From Pyrinomonadaceae bacterium (lineage in GTDB: Bacteria; Acidobacteriota; Blastocatellia; Pyrinomonadales; Pyrinomonadaceae): a stretch of DNA of 41,684 bases. Positions 26,752-35,183 of this stretch are shown here, one piece after another; the stretch's first letter is position 1, and each line of letters opens with the position of its first letter. A program made the translations under genes and the position numbers. The notes under the pieces were generated by a model. The model was given only the letters and a program-made list of their open reading frames with translations. It ran no database searches and was not told where the DNA came from. The stretch covers positions 1 to 41,684 of the forward strand of contig JAJAZE010000316.1 of assembly GCA_026785925.1 (NCBI GenBank). Direction: 5' to 3'.

Positions 26752-27870
26752 CTAGATTTTACTCACTTCAAAATACGCCTTGATCGCTTTGTATTTCCCG
26801 GCGTTATTGAGAATGTCGAAGGCTTCGGCGAAATTCTCCAAGCCGTTGACTTTATGTGTCATTATTTTTCCGAGCCAGCCCGCGAACGTCGCTTCGCATA
26901 ATGCTAAATCCTTCACGCCCATCTCAAAATGTTCGCGGTTGGCGTTGACCGTGCCGACCATCGCTCGATTTCCCAAAACGAACATTTGATTGATTTTGTC
27001 GGACGGCACAGCATCGGTTTTGCGCTCGCCGCCGGTCACGCTGGCTAAAATCAGAATGCCGTTTTCGTTTAAACTCTGCATCGCGTCAAAGACGATTGGC
27101 GAAAAACCCGTGCATTCAAAAACAAGATCGTATTCGCCGTATTTCTTCGTCGAATCGGCAACCGTGATTTCGGCAGTCGAATCGTAAGTCGCGCCGATTT
27201 CTTCGAGCAGTTCGGCGTTAAAATAACCGTCCCGCACGTCGCGCCCGAAGCCGTGAACTTCGCAGCCGCGCATTCGCAAAGCCATCGCCGTTAAAATTCC
27301 GACGCTCCCAACTCCTAAAACCGCCGCCGTTTTCGGCTGCCAGATGTCGAGGCGTTTTTGAATGTCTTCGGCTTGCTTCAAACCTTTTTCGATAATCGAA
27401 AGCGGTTCGAGCAGCACGGCGATCTCGGCAATCGCGGGCGGAATTTTGACAAGAAAATCTGCGCTTTCAACGTAAAATTCCGCCATATAACCGTGCAGCC
27501 GCGAGATGCCGCGTTCCCAATATTCCGCGTCGGTCGTAAAATCCTGCTGACCAATCGTGTCATAAATGCTGTGTCCGAATGGTCGCCGAACGGTCGCCAC
27601 GACGAAATCGCCCGCTTTCAGTTCTCTAAAATTTTCACCAACTTCGACGACGCGCCCGAAATTTTCGTGTCCGAGAATCAAAAAATCAAAACCGTCGGGC
27701 GCAACACCGTATTCGCCGTTGTTGATTTCCCGATCCGTGCCGCACGCGCCGACGCGCAGAACTTCGACTAAAACGCCGCGCCCGTCTTTGATTTCTTCGA
27801 TTTTCGGTTTGTCCGTCTCGACCAGATGAACGCTGTTCGGTTGTTTCGGTGTAACGGCGATTGCCTTCAT
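26752..27870 (-). CDS. Zinc-dependent MDR-family dehydrogenase, glucose 1-dehydrogenase-like
   Basis: VGACGTDRE, GHENFGRVVEVG, and Rossmann motif LGVGSVG. Overall resemblance to archaeal-type glucose dehydrogenases, judged from memory only. Confidence 0.75.
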   Translation of the reverse strand: MKAIAVTPKQPNSVHLVETDKPKIEEIKDGRGVLVEVLRVGACGTDREINNGEYGVAPDGFDFLILGHENFGRVVEVGENFRELKAGDFVVATVRRPFGHSIYDTIGQQDFTTDAEYWERGISRLHGYMAEFYVESADFLVKIPPAIAEIAVLLEPLSIIEKGLKQAEDIQKRLDIWQPKTAAVLGVGSVGILTAMALRMRGCEVHGFGRDVRDGYFNAELLEEIGATYDSTAEITVADSTKKYGEYDLVFECTGFSPIVFDAMQSLNENGILILASVTGGERKTDAVPSDKINQMFVLGNRAMVGTVNANREHFEMGVKDLALCEATFAGWLGKIMTHKVNGLENFAEAFDILNNAGKYKAIKAYFEVSKI

Positions 27871-28027
27871 AATTTTTTATTTACGCGAAAAAATAATTGC
27901 CAAATCCTCGTTTGGTTGCCACACTTGAATCATACTTTTAATTGTTAAATTTCAAAAATGAGACAACAGTTTTTTGAAGTATTCAGACGCTCCGGGAGCG
28001 GTTAAAAATTAAACAAGGGAGAAAAAA

Positions 28028-30190
28028 ATGGCAGCCAAAAAAGAAAATAACAGTAACGAAACGAACGCAAAAATCGAACAGTTAGCACAGCACACGACCG
28101 ACGGCGCAGACCAGCCGCTGACGACCAATCAGGGCTTGAAAATCAACGACAACCAGAATTCACTAAAAGCGGGGACGCGCGGTCCGACGCTTTTGGAAGA
28201 TTTTATAATGCGCGAGAAAATCACGCATTTCGACCACGAACGAATTCCCGAACGCATCGTTCACGCTCGCGGCGTGGCGGCGCACGGTTATTTTGAATTG
28301 ACCGAATCTTTGGAAAAATATACGAAAGCGAAATTTCTAACGCAGGTCGGCAAGAAAACGCCGGTCTTTACGCGCTTTTCGACGGTCGCCGGTTCGCGCG
28401 GCTCAAGCGATTTGGCGCGTGATGTGCGCGGTTTCGCGGTCAAATTTTATACCGAAGAAGGTAATTATGATTTAGTCGGAAACAACATTCCCGTCTTTTT
28501 TATTCAGGACGCGATAAAATTTCCCGATTTGATTCACTCGGTCAAACCCGAACCGCACAACGAAATTCCGCAGGCGGCTTCAGCGCACGATACATTTTGG
28601 GATTTTATCAGCTTGATGCCCGAATCAATGCATATGATTATGTGGGCGATGTCCGACCGCGCGATTCCGCGTTCTTTGCGAATGATGGAAGGTTTCGGCA
28701 TTCACACTTTTCGCCTGATAAATGACGAAGGCAAAGCGACGTTCGTCAAATTTCATTGGAAACCGCGACTCGGCGTGCATTCGGTGGCGTGGAACGAAGC
28801 GCAGAAAATCTCCGGTTTCGATGCCGATTTTCACCGCCGCGATTTGTGGGAAGCGATTGACGGCGGCGATTTCGCCGAATGGGATTTCGGCGTGCAGCTT
28901 GTCGCCGAAGCAGACGAACACAAATTCGATTTCGACTTGCTCGACGCGACGAAAATCATTCCCGAAGAACTCGTTCCCGTCAAAATCGTCGGCAAGATGG
29001 TTTTAAACCGCAATACCGATAATTATTTCGCGGAAACCGAACAAGTCGCTTTTCTGCCTTCAAACATCGTTCCGGGAATTGATTTTTCCAATGACCCTTT
29101 GCTTCAGGGCAGACTACATTCGTATCTCGACACGCAGATTTCTCGCTTGGGCGGACCGAATTTTCACGAAATTCCGATTAACCGCCCCGTTGCGCCGCTT
29201 CACAACAATCAACGTGATTCGGCATTTCGCCAGACAATCAATAAAGGGAAAGTCGCGTATGAGCCGAACACGCTCGGCGGCGGCTGTCCGTTTCAATCAA
29301 TGGCGCAGGACGGCGGTTTTACATCGTATCAGGAAAAGATTGACGGCAATAAAATCCGCGTTCGCAGCGACAGTTTCCGTGACCATTTCACGCAAGCCGC
29401 GTTGTTTTTTAACAGTCAAACCGAATACGAACAAACACATATTGTTGACGCTTTGAGTTTTGAACTCGGCAAACTCGAAGTCGGCGCGATTCGTGAAAGA
29501 GTCGTGTATATTTTGAATCAAATTGACGAAACGCTCGCTTCAAAAGTCGCCGACAATCTCGGCATCGAAATTCCCGCGAAACTCGATTTGCCGATGAATA
29601 TGAGTTTTCCGGCGGACGCGAACCCGGACGATTATCAGCCGATTCCGAAAAAGGACGCGAAAGTCAAAAAATCCGCCGCGCTTTCGATGGCGAACACCGT
29701 TAAAGATACGATAAAAACCCGTCAAATTGCGTTTCTGGTTGCCGACGGTTTTGATGCCGACGATGTGAAAACGATGAAAAACGCTCTCGAAAATCAAGGC
29801 GCGAAGGCGAAAATTATCGGTTTGAAATCGAAATCGGTCAAGGACGCGAGCGGCAATGAAATGAAGGTTGACCACGCGCTTCGCACGGTTGCCTCGGTTT
29901 TATTCGACGCGGTTTATATTCCGGGCGGCGAGCAAAGCATCGCGGCTTTGAGCGAAGAAGCCGACGCGATTGAATTCGTCAACGAAGCGTTTCGCCATTG
30001 CAAAGCGATTGCCGCTTCAGGCGCGGGCGTGAACTTCTTAAAGGAAGAAACTTACGTTCGTAAGGCAGCCAACGATAAAGCCGTCATTTTAAACGAAAAC
30101 GGCGCAAAAGACGCGGCGCAGAATTTTATCAAAGCCATCGCCGAACATCGCAACTGGGACCGAGAAAAAGCCCGCAAGGTTCCGGCTTAA
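28028..30190 (+). CDS. katE: Large-subunit catalase (HPII type)
   Basis: FDHERIPERIVHARG, VRFSTV-like RFSTVAGSRGS, and the proximal-Tyr region GRLHSYLDTQ. 720 aa with a C-terminal flavodoxin/DJ-1-like domain. Confidence 0.95.
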   Translation: MAAKKENNSNETNAKIEQLAQHTTDGADQPLTTNQGLKINDNQNSLKAGTRGPTLLEDFIMREKITHFDHERIPERIVHARGVAAHGYFELTESLEKYTKAKFLTQVGKKTPVFTRFSTVAGSRGSSDLARDVRGFAVKFYTEEGNYDLVGNNIPVFFIQDAIKFPDLIHSVKPEPHNEIPQAASAHDTFWDFISLMPESMHMIMWAMSDRAIPRSLRMMEGFGIHTFRLINDEGKATFVKFHWKPRLGVHSVAWNEAQKISGFDADFHRRDLWEAIDGGDFAEWDFGVQLVAEADEHKFDFDLLDATKIIPEELVPVKIVGKMVLNRNTDNYFAETEQVAFLPSNIVPGIDFSNDPLLQGRLHSYLDTQISRLGGPNFHEIPINRPVAPLHNNQRDSAFRQTINKGKVAYEPNTLGGGCPFQSMAQDGGFTSYQEKIDGNKIRVRSDSFRDHFTQAALFFNSQTEYEQTHIVDALSFELGKLEVGAIRERVVYILNQIDETLASKVADNLGIEIPAKLDLPMNMSFPADANPDDYQPIPKKDAKVKKSAALSMANTVKDTIKTRQIAFLVADGFDADDVKTMKNALENQGAKAKIIGLKSKSVKDASGNEMKVDHALRTVASVLFDAVYIPGGEQSIAALSEEADAIEFVNEAFRHCKAIAASGAGVNFLKEETYVRKAANDKAVILNENGAKDAAQNFIKAIAEHRNWDREKARKVPA

Positions 30191-30200
30191 TTGCTTGACC

Positions 30201-30250
30201 AAATTAAAAACGAGGTGATTTCTTAATTGAAATCACCTCGTTTTTAATTT
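30201..30250. terminator. Bidirectional terminator (perfect 22-bp inverted repeat)
   Basis: AAATTAAAAACGAGGTGATTTC / loop TTAATT / GAAATCACCTCGTTTTTAATT T. T-runs on both strands. Lies between the convergent katE and mqn genes. Confidence 0.85.
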
Positions 30251-30266
30251 GTAACGGATTTATAGA

Positions 30267-31115
30267 TTATTCGACAAAACTAACTTCGACCTGATGCGGA
30301 ATAATTCCTTTCTCATAGCCTTCTCTGAGCAAAAGTCTCACGCCTTCTCTGCCTCTTTCACCGTAATCGAGCGTTAAATCGTTGACCCACATTGCGACAA
30401 ACCTGTCGGCTAATTCCGGCGGCATATCGCGGGCGAACTGCATCGCGTAGGAAAGCGCGTCTTCGCGGTTGTCGAGCGAGTATTTGATGCTTTTGTGCAG
30501 GCAGTTGGAAACTTTCAGCATCAGTTCTTCGCCCAAGTCGCGGCGAATGACGTTGCCGCCCATCGGCAGCGGCAAGCCGGTTTTCTCAAACCACCATTCG
30601 CCTAAATCAAGGACTTTGTTTAAGCCCATACTTTTGTAAAAAAGCTGACCTTCGTGAATCAGTAGTCCCGCGTCGGCTTTGCCTTTCTGCACCGCCTCGA
30701 TGATCTCGTCGAACGGCACGATTATGTATTCAAAATCCTGATTGTAGATTCGCATTGCCAGAAACGCGCTCGTCAGTTCGCCCGGTATGGCGATTTTCAG
30801 GTTCGGAATATCTTCGGGTTTATGGTGTTCTTTGGAAACGAGAATCGGACCGTATTTGTCGCCGATGCTCGCGCCGTGCGGCAGCAGCGCATATTTATCG
30901 GAAATATAAGCGTAGGCGTGAAAGCTGATCGCCGTGACATCGAACACGCCGTTTTTCGCGTCTTCGTTCAGCGATTGAATATCTTTTAAGGTGTGTTCAA
31001 ATTTTAATCCGTTGGTTTCGAGCTTGTTCGTCGCCAAGCCGTAAAACATAAAGGCATCGTCCGAGTCGGGCGAGTGCGCGACGGTAATCGTTCTTTTTTC
31101 TGGTGTTGCGTTCAT
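30267..31115 (-). CDS. MqnA/MqnD family (futalosine-pathway menaquinone biosynthesis) protein
   Basis: [17 protein letters not shown]-terminal motif and a periplasmic-binding-protein-like fold length (282 aa). I cannot separate MqnA-type from MqnD-type by eye. Confidence 0.75.
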   Translation of the reverse strand: MNATPEKRTITVAHSPDSDDAFMFYGLATNKLETNGLKFEHTLKDIQSLNEDAKNGVFDVTAISFHAYAYISDKYALLPHGASIGDKYGPILVSKEHHKPEDIPNLKIAIPGELTSAFLAMRIYNQDFEYIIVPFDEIIEAVQKGKADAGLLIHEGQLFYKSMGLNKVLDLGEWWFEKTGLPLPMGGNVIRRDLGEELMLKVSNCLHKSIKYSLDNREDALSYAMQFARDMPPELADRFVAMWVNDLTLDYGERGREGVRLLLREGYEKGIIPHQVEVSFVE

Positions 31116-31132
31116 ATGTAAAGTCGGGCAAA

Positions 31133-31897
31133 TTAGAGTTGCTCGTAGAAAATTTTGGTGTCGTATAAGATGTCTATTCTACCGTTTTCCGCGTGTTCTG
31201 CAAAAAGCGTTTCGAGATTTTTCAGCATCGCCGGAAAACGCGGATTTTCCGGCGACGGAACGTAAGACGCGGAAAGCATTCTGCCTTTTAAGCCGTCAAA
31301 ATCAACCGTTTGCTTATTTTGAAAAACGGCTTCGGCGAAAGCGGTCTGGAAGAAATCGCGCAGAGTTTCCTTTGTGATAGTGTCGTGGCGAATCGTTTCG
31401 TAATCCGTGCCGAATTCAATTAAATGTTTCTCGTAATCTTTCAGAAACGCCGTCGAATCGAGTTGACGTTCATTCCAGAGCAAGGCGACAGAGCCGCCGT
31501 TTTTCAAAATCCGCTTAAATTCTTTTCTGGTTTCCTTTTGTTTGAACCAGTGAAACGCCTGCGCCGCGACGATGAAATCAATCGAATTCGCTTCGAGCGT
31601 CGTGTTTTCCGACGTGCCGTTAACGAGAGTCAAATCCGGGTAATCTTTGAGAAAAACTTTCGCCGCCTCGCGCATTGCGGCGTTTGGTTCGACTCCGAAA
31701 ACCCGGTTGCCGTTTTCGAGAAAAATCCTTGCGGAGATTCCCGTTCCCGCGCCGATGTCGGCAACCGTCGAATCAGTTTGCAAGTCCATTTTATCTCTAA
31801 ATAACTGCAAAACCTCCGGCGGATAAATCGGACGATACTTAACGTAATTTTCGACGCGATTGGAAAATCTTTCGACCGTATTTTGCATAAACTTCAA
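31133..31897 (-). CDS. Class I SAM-dependent methyltransferase
   Basis: Motif [16 protein letters not shown], plus post-I GVEPN and motif II/III segments. 254 aa. Confidence 0.8.
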   Translation of the reverse strand: MKFMQNTVERFSNRVENYVKYRPIYPPEVLQLFRDKMDLQTDSTVADIGAGTGISARIFLENGNRVFGVEPNAAMREAAKVFLKDYPDLTLVNGTSENTTLEANSIDFIVAAQAFHWFKQKETRKEFKRILKNGGSVALLWNERQLDSTAFLKDYEKHLIEFGTDYETIRHDTITKETLRDFFQTAFAEAVFQNKQTVDFDGLKGRMLSASYVPSPENPRFPAMLKNLETLFAEHAENGRIDILYDTKIFYEQL

Positions 31898-31920
31898 TTA
31901 GCAGCGAGAAAAATCGCTTT

Positions 31921-32547
31921 TCAAGAGTCGCCTCGCTGCGAAACTTCGTCGCCCGTCCACTGCGTTTTTTTCGAATGCGGAATGTCGAATTGGTCTAAAA
32001 TCCGGTAACACAAATGAGTGACCAAATCGTCAATCGTCTGCGGTTTGTGATAAAAACTCGGACTCGCTGACAAAATCGTCGCGCCGGCGCGGGCGACCCG
32101 CAGCATATTTTCCAGATGAATCTGATTAAAAGGCGTTTCGCGCGGCACTAAAATCAGCTTTCGGTTTTCCTTCAAACAGACATCGGCGGCGCGGTGAATC
32201 AGATTCGTTCCCGCGCCCGAAGCGATTGCGCCGAGCGTTCCCATCGAACACGGCACGATAATCATTCCCGCTTGTTTGTTCGAGCCGGACGCGGGTTTTG
32301 CCGCCAAATTATCCAAACGCCAGAAGCGAATCAGTTTAGAATTTGCCTCTAAACCGAGCCATTCGTTAATTTTTTCCGTGTTCGGGTCTTTCAGATTAAC
32401 GCCGAGTTCGACTTGCGCGACCGTCGGCACGACACCTGAAAAAATTAGATTTATCGTTTCGACCGCGCCGCTTTGCGCCAGCAACTGCAAGGTTCGCTGC
32501 CCGTAAATCGTGCCGGACGCGCCCGTGATTCCAACCGTTATTTCCAT
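31921..32547 (-). CDS. ubiX: Flavin prenyltransferase UbiX
   Basis: MEITVGITGASGTIYG, MIIVPCSMGTLGAIASG, LILVPRETP. Start placed at ATG 32545-32547. Confidence 0.9.
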   Translation of the reverse strand: MEITVGITGASGTIYGQRTLQLLAQSGAVETINLIFSGVVPTVAQVELGVNLKDPNTEKINEWLGLEANSKLIRFWRLDNLAAKPASGSNKQAGMIIVPCSMGTLGAIASGAGTNLIHRAADVCLKENRKLILVPRETPFNQIHLENMLRVARAGATILSASPSFYHKPQTIDDLVTHLCYRILDQFDIPHSKKTQWTGDEVSQRGDS

Positions 32548-32637
32548 AGCTTTTCTCAATGCTACAAAAATTCGGCGCGAATGAAAACGCATCGGGCGGT
32601 TTTATTTTTGCCGCGCCAGCTAATAAGATTTTAATCA

Positions 32638-33402
32638 ATGCAGACGAAAGATATAAAAAAAATTTTGGAAACCTACGCGACCGGCGAAATTTCCATCGGC
32701 ACAGCAACTGAACAATTAAAAAATCTGTCTTTTGAAAACCTCGGCTACGCCCGCGTTGACCACGCCCGCGCCGACCGGCAGGGTTTTCCCGAAGTGATTT
32801 TCGGTCAGGGAAAAACCAAAGAACAAATCGTCGGAATTTTTGAAAAACTCGCCGCCAAATCGCCGAATGTTTTAATCACGCGCACGACGGCGGAAGTTTT
32901 CGGCGAAATTCGCAACATTTTCACCGAAGCCGAATGGCACGAAGCCGCCGGACTGATTCGGCTGCACCGCGATCAAACAAAACTCGGCGCGGGCGAAATC
33001 GCCGTCGTCACCGCCGGAACTTCCGACATTCCCGTCGCCGAAGAAGCCGCACTGGTCAGCGAGACGATGGGCAACACGGTCACGCGAATCTGGGACGCGG
33101 GCGTTGCCGGAATTCACCGAATTTTAGCGGAAAGGGAAGTTCTGCAAACGGCGCGCGTCGTCATCGTCGTCGCCGGAATGGAAGGTGCATTACCGTCGGT
33201 CGTCGGCGGTTTAGTCAAAGTTCCGGTGATCGCCGTGCCGACTTCCATCGGCTACGGCGCGTCATTCGGCGGCATCGCCGCGCTTTTGGGAATGCTCAAC
33301 TCGTGCGCGTCGAACGTCACGGTCGTCAACATTGATAACGGTTTCGGCGCGGGTTTCGTGGCGAGTTTGATAAATCGGCGGCAGGAAAACGAAAACATCT
33401 AA
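32638..33402 (+). CDS. larB: LarB-type (AIR-carboxylase-like) nickel-pincer cofactor biosynthesis protein
   Basis: N-terminal helical domain plus a PurE-like domain ([44 protein letters not shown]). Confidence 0.85.
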   Translation: MQTKDIKKILETYATGEISIGTATEQLKNLSFENLGYARVDHARADRQGFPEVIFGQGKTKEQIVGIFEKLAAKSPNVLITRTTAEVFGEIRNIFTEAEWHEAAGLIRLHRDQTKLGAGEIAVVTAGTSDIPVAEEAALVSETMGNTVTRIWDAGVAGIHRILAEREVLQTARVVIVVAGMEGALPSVVGGLVKVPVIAVPTSIGYGASFGGIAALLGMLNSCASNVTVVNIDNGFGAGFVASLINRRQENENI

Positions 33403-33551
33403 CTGCCAAGAGGCGGACATTTTGAGAACATAATGTTTTCCAACAATTCTTTTATTTTCGGGCGGCGGCGGCGAAAATCCTTATTCAATACTTAAGCGCA
33501 ACTACTGAGATTGCAATTAGATTTTACTTGGATTTTTGCTAACATTTCGAT

Positions 33552-35123
33552 ATGTCATTAGAAACGGATTTTATCGTGATCGGTAGCGGAGTCGCCGGGC
33601 TGCGCGCTTCGATTGAACTGGCGAAAAGCGGTGCGCGGGTTTCGGTCTTAACCAAAGATAAGGCGCAGGAGTCGAACACCGAATACGCGCAGGGCGGCGT
33701 GGCGGTCGTTCTCTCGGATGATGACAATGCCGAACTACACGAAGAAGACACGCTTTACGCGGGCGCGGGTTTGTGCGATGTCGAAGCAGTCGAAACGCTG
33801 GTCGCCGACGGCACGAAATATATCAAACAACTGATCGAATGGGGAATCGAATTTGACCGCGAAGGCGGCAAACTCGCCTTCACGCAGGAAGCGGCGCATT
33901 CGCGGCGGCGAATTCTGCACGCGCACGGCGATTCGACCGGCAAGGAAATCGTCCGCGCTTTGATTGCCCGCGCCCGCCAGGAAAAAAACATCGTTTTGAT
34001 GCCGTTTGCCAATACCGAAAGTTTGATTGTAAATGACGGCAGATGCGTCGGTGTAAGATTTTTAGACCCGATTCTTCGTGCGCCGCGTGAGATTTTCGCT
34101 AAGGCGGTAATTTTATGCACGGGCGGCGCGGGGCAATTATTTCTGCACACGACGAATCCGCCGGTGGCGACGGGCGACGGAATGGCAATGGCGTATTTCG
34201 CGGGCGCGGAAATGGCGGATATGGAATTTATCCAATTTCATCCGACGGCATTAAATTTGGAAAACGCGCCCAGATTTCTATTAAGCGAGGCGATGCGAGG
34301 CGAAGGCGGAATTTTGCGGAACGCGCAGGGCGAACGGTTTATGTCGCGCTATGACGATTTGCTCGAACTCGCGCCGCGTGATGTCGTCAGCCGTTCGATT
34401 GTTGCCGAAATGCGCCGGACGGGAACGCGCACGGTTTTCTTGGATATGACCGCGCACGACGAAAAGTTTCTTAAAGAACGATTTCCGAAAATTTATGAGA
34501 CGTGCAAATTTTACGATTTAAACGTCGCTAAAGATTTGCTGCCCGTCTCGCCCGCGTCGCATTATTGTATGGGCGGCGTTCGGACGGATTTGCACGGCAG
34601 AACGACTCTCAAAGGACTTTATGCGGCGGGCGAAGTCGCCTGCACGGGCGTTCACGGCGCGAATCGTCTGGCTTCAAATTCTTTATTAGAAGGCTTGGTT
34701 TTCGGTGCGCGGTCGGGCGAAGCCGCGATAAAAGACAATTACGAATTACGAATTACAAATTACGAATCGCCACCCGAAGACCAAAGACCGAAGACCAAAA
34801 ACCAATCTTCCGAAATTTCGACGGCGGTGAAAAAGCGCGTCAAGCGTGTGATGTGGGAGCGCGTCGGGATTTTGCGCGATAGAGATTCTTTACAAAGAGC
34901 GTTAAAAGAATTCGCGCAAATCGAACAGTCGAATCTCGGCACGTCGTCGCGCAATTTCGTCACGCTCGCCAAACTCGTCGCAGCCTCGGCGTTATGGCGC
35001 GAGGAATCACGCGGCGGACATTTCCGCAACGATTTTCCCGAACGTGACGACGTTAATTTTGACAAACATTCGATTCAAAAAATCGATGCGGAAATCTCTT
35101 CGAGCGAGAAAATAAACTTTTAA
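33552..35123 (+). CDS. nadB: L-aspartate oxidase
   Basis: FAD motif VIGSGVAGL, plus QGGVA, HPTAL, RGEGG, GEVACTGVHGANRLASNSLLEGLVFG, ESRGGHFR. Confidence 0.93.
   Translation: MSLETDFIVIGSGVAGLRASIELAKSGARVSVLTKDKAQESNTEYAQGGVAVVLSDDDNAELHEEDTLYAGAGLCDVEAVETLVADGTKYIKQLIEWGIEFDREGGKLAFTQEAAHSRRRILHAHGDSTGKEIVRALIARARQEKNIVLMPFANTESLIVNDGRCVGVRFLDPILRAPREIFAKAVILCTGGAGQLFLHTTNPPVATGDGMAMAYFAGAEMADMEFIQFHPTALNLENAPRFLLSEAMRGEGGILRNAQGERFMSRYDDLLELAPRDVVSRSIVAEMRRTGTRTVFLDMTAHDEKFLKERFPKIYETCKFYDLNVAKDLLPVSPASHYCMGGVRTDLHGRTTLKGLYAAGEVACTGVHGANRLASNSLLEGLVFGARSGEAAIKDNYELRITNYESPPEDQRPKTKNQSSEISTAVKKRVKRVMWERVGILRDRDSLQRALKEFAQIEQSNLGTSSRNFVTLAKLVAASALWREESRGGHFRNDFPERDDVNFDKHSIQKIDAEISSSEKINF
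34738..34807 (+). repeat. Two abutting heptamer tandem arrays inside the nadB reading frame
   Basis: AATTACG AATTACG AATTACA AATTACG AATCGCC ACCCGAA GACCAAA GACCGAA GACCAAA AACCAAT. Translated in frame as NYELRITNYESPPEDQRPKTKNQ. Confidence 0.85.
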
Positions 35124-35183
35124 GAAAGTGGTAAGTGCTAAGTGAAAAACAAAAACTTGCCACTTGCCACTTACCACTTTTCT
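35124..35183. terminator. Heptamer-array hairpin, bidirectional terminator between nadB and the TolC-like gene
   Basis: GAAAGTG GTAAGTG CTAAGTG (35124-35144) faces CTTGCCA CTTGCCA CTTACCA CTTTTCT (35156-35183). A 13-bp plus a 5-bp helix. Spans exactly from stop codon to stop codon. Confidence 0.8.

Noticed and set aside
33403-33551. Possible NAD+ (nadA-motif-type) riboswitch upstream of nadB
   Set aside because: I looked for tandem GC-stem domains and found only AT-rich sequence plus a GGCGGCGGCGGCG run. I cannot support a riboswitch without a covariance-model search.
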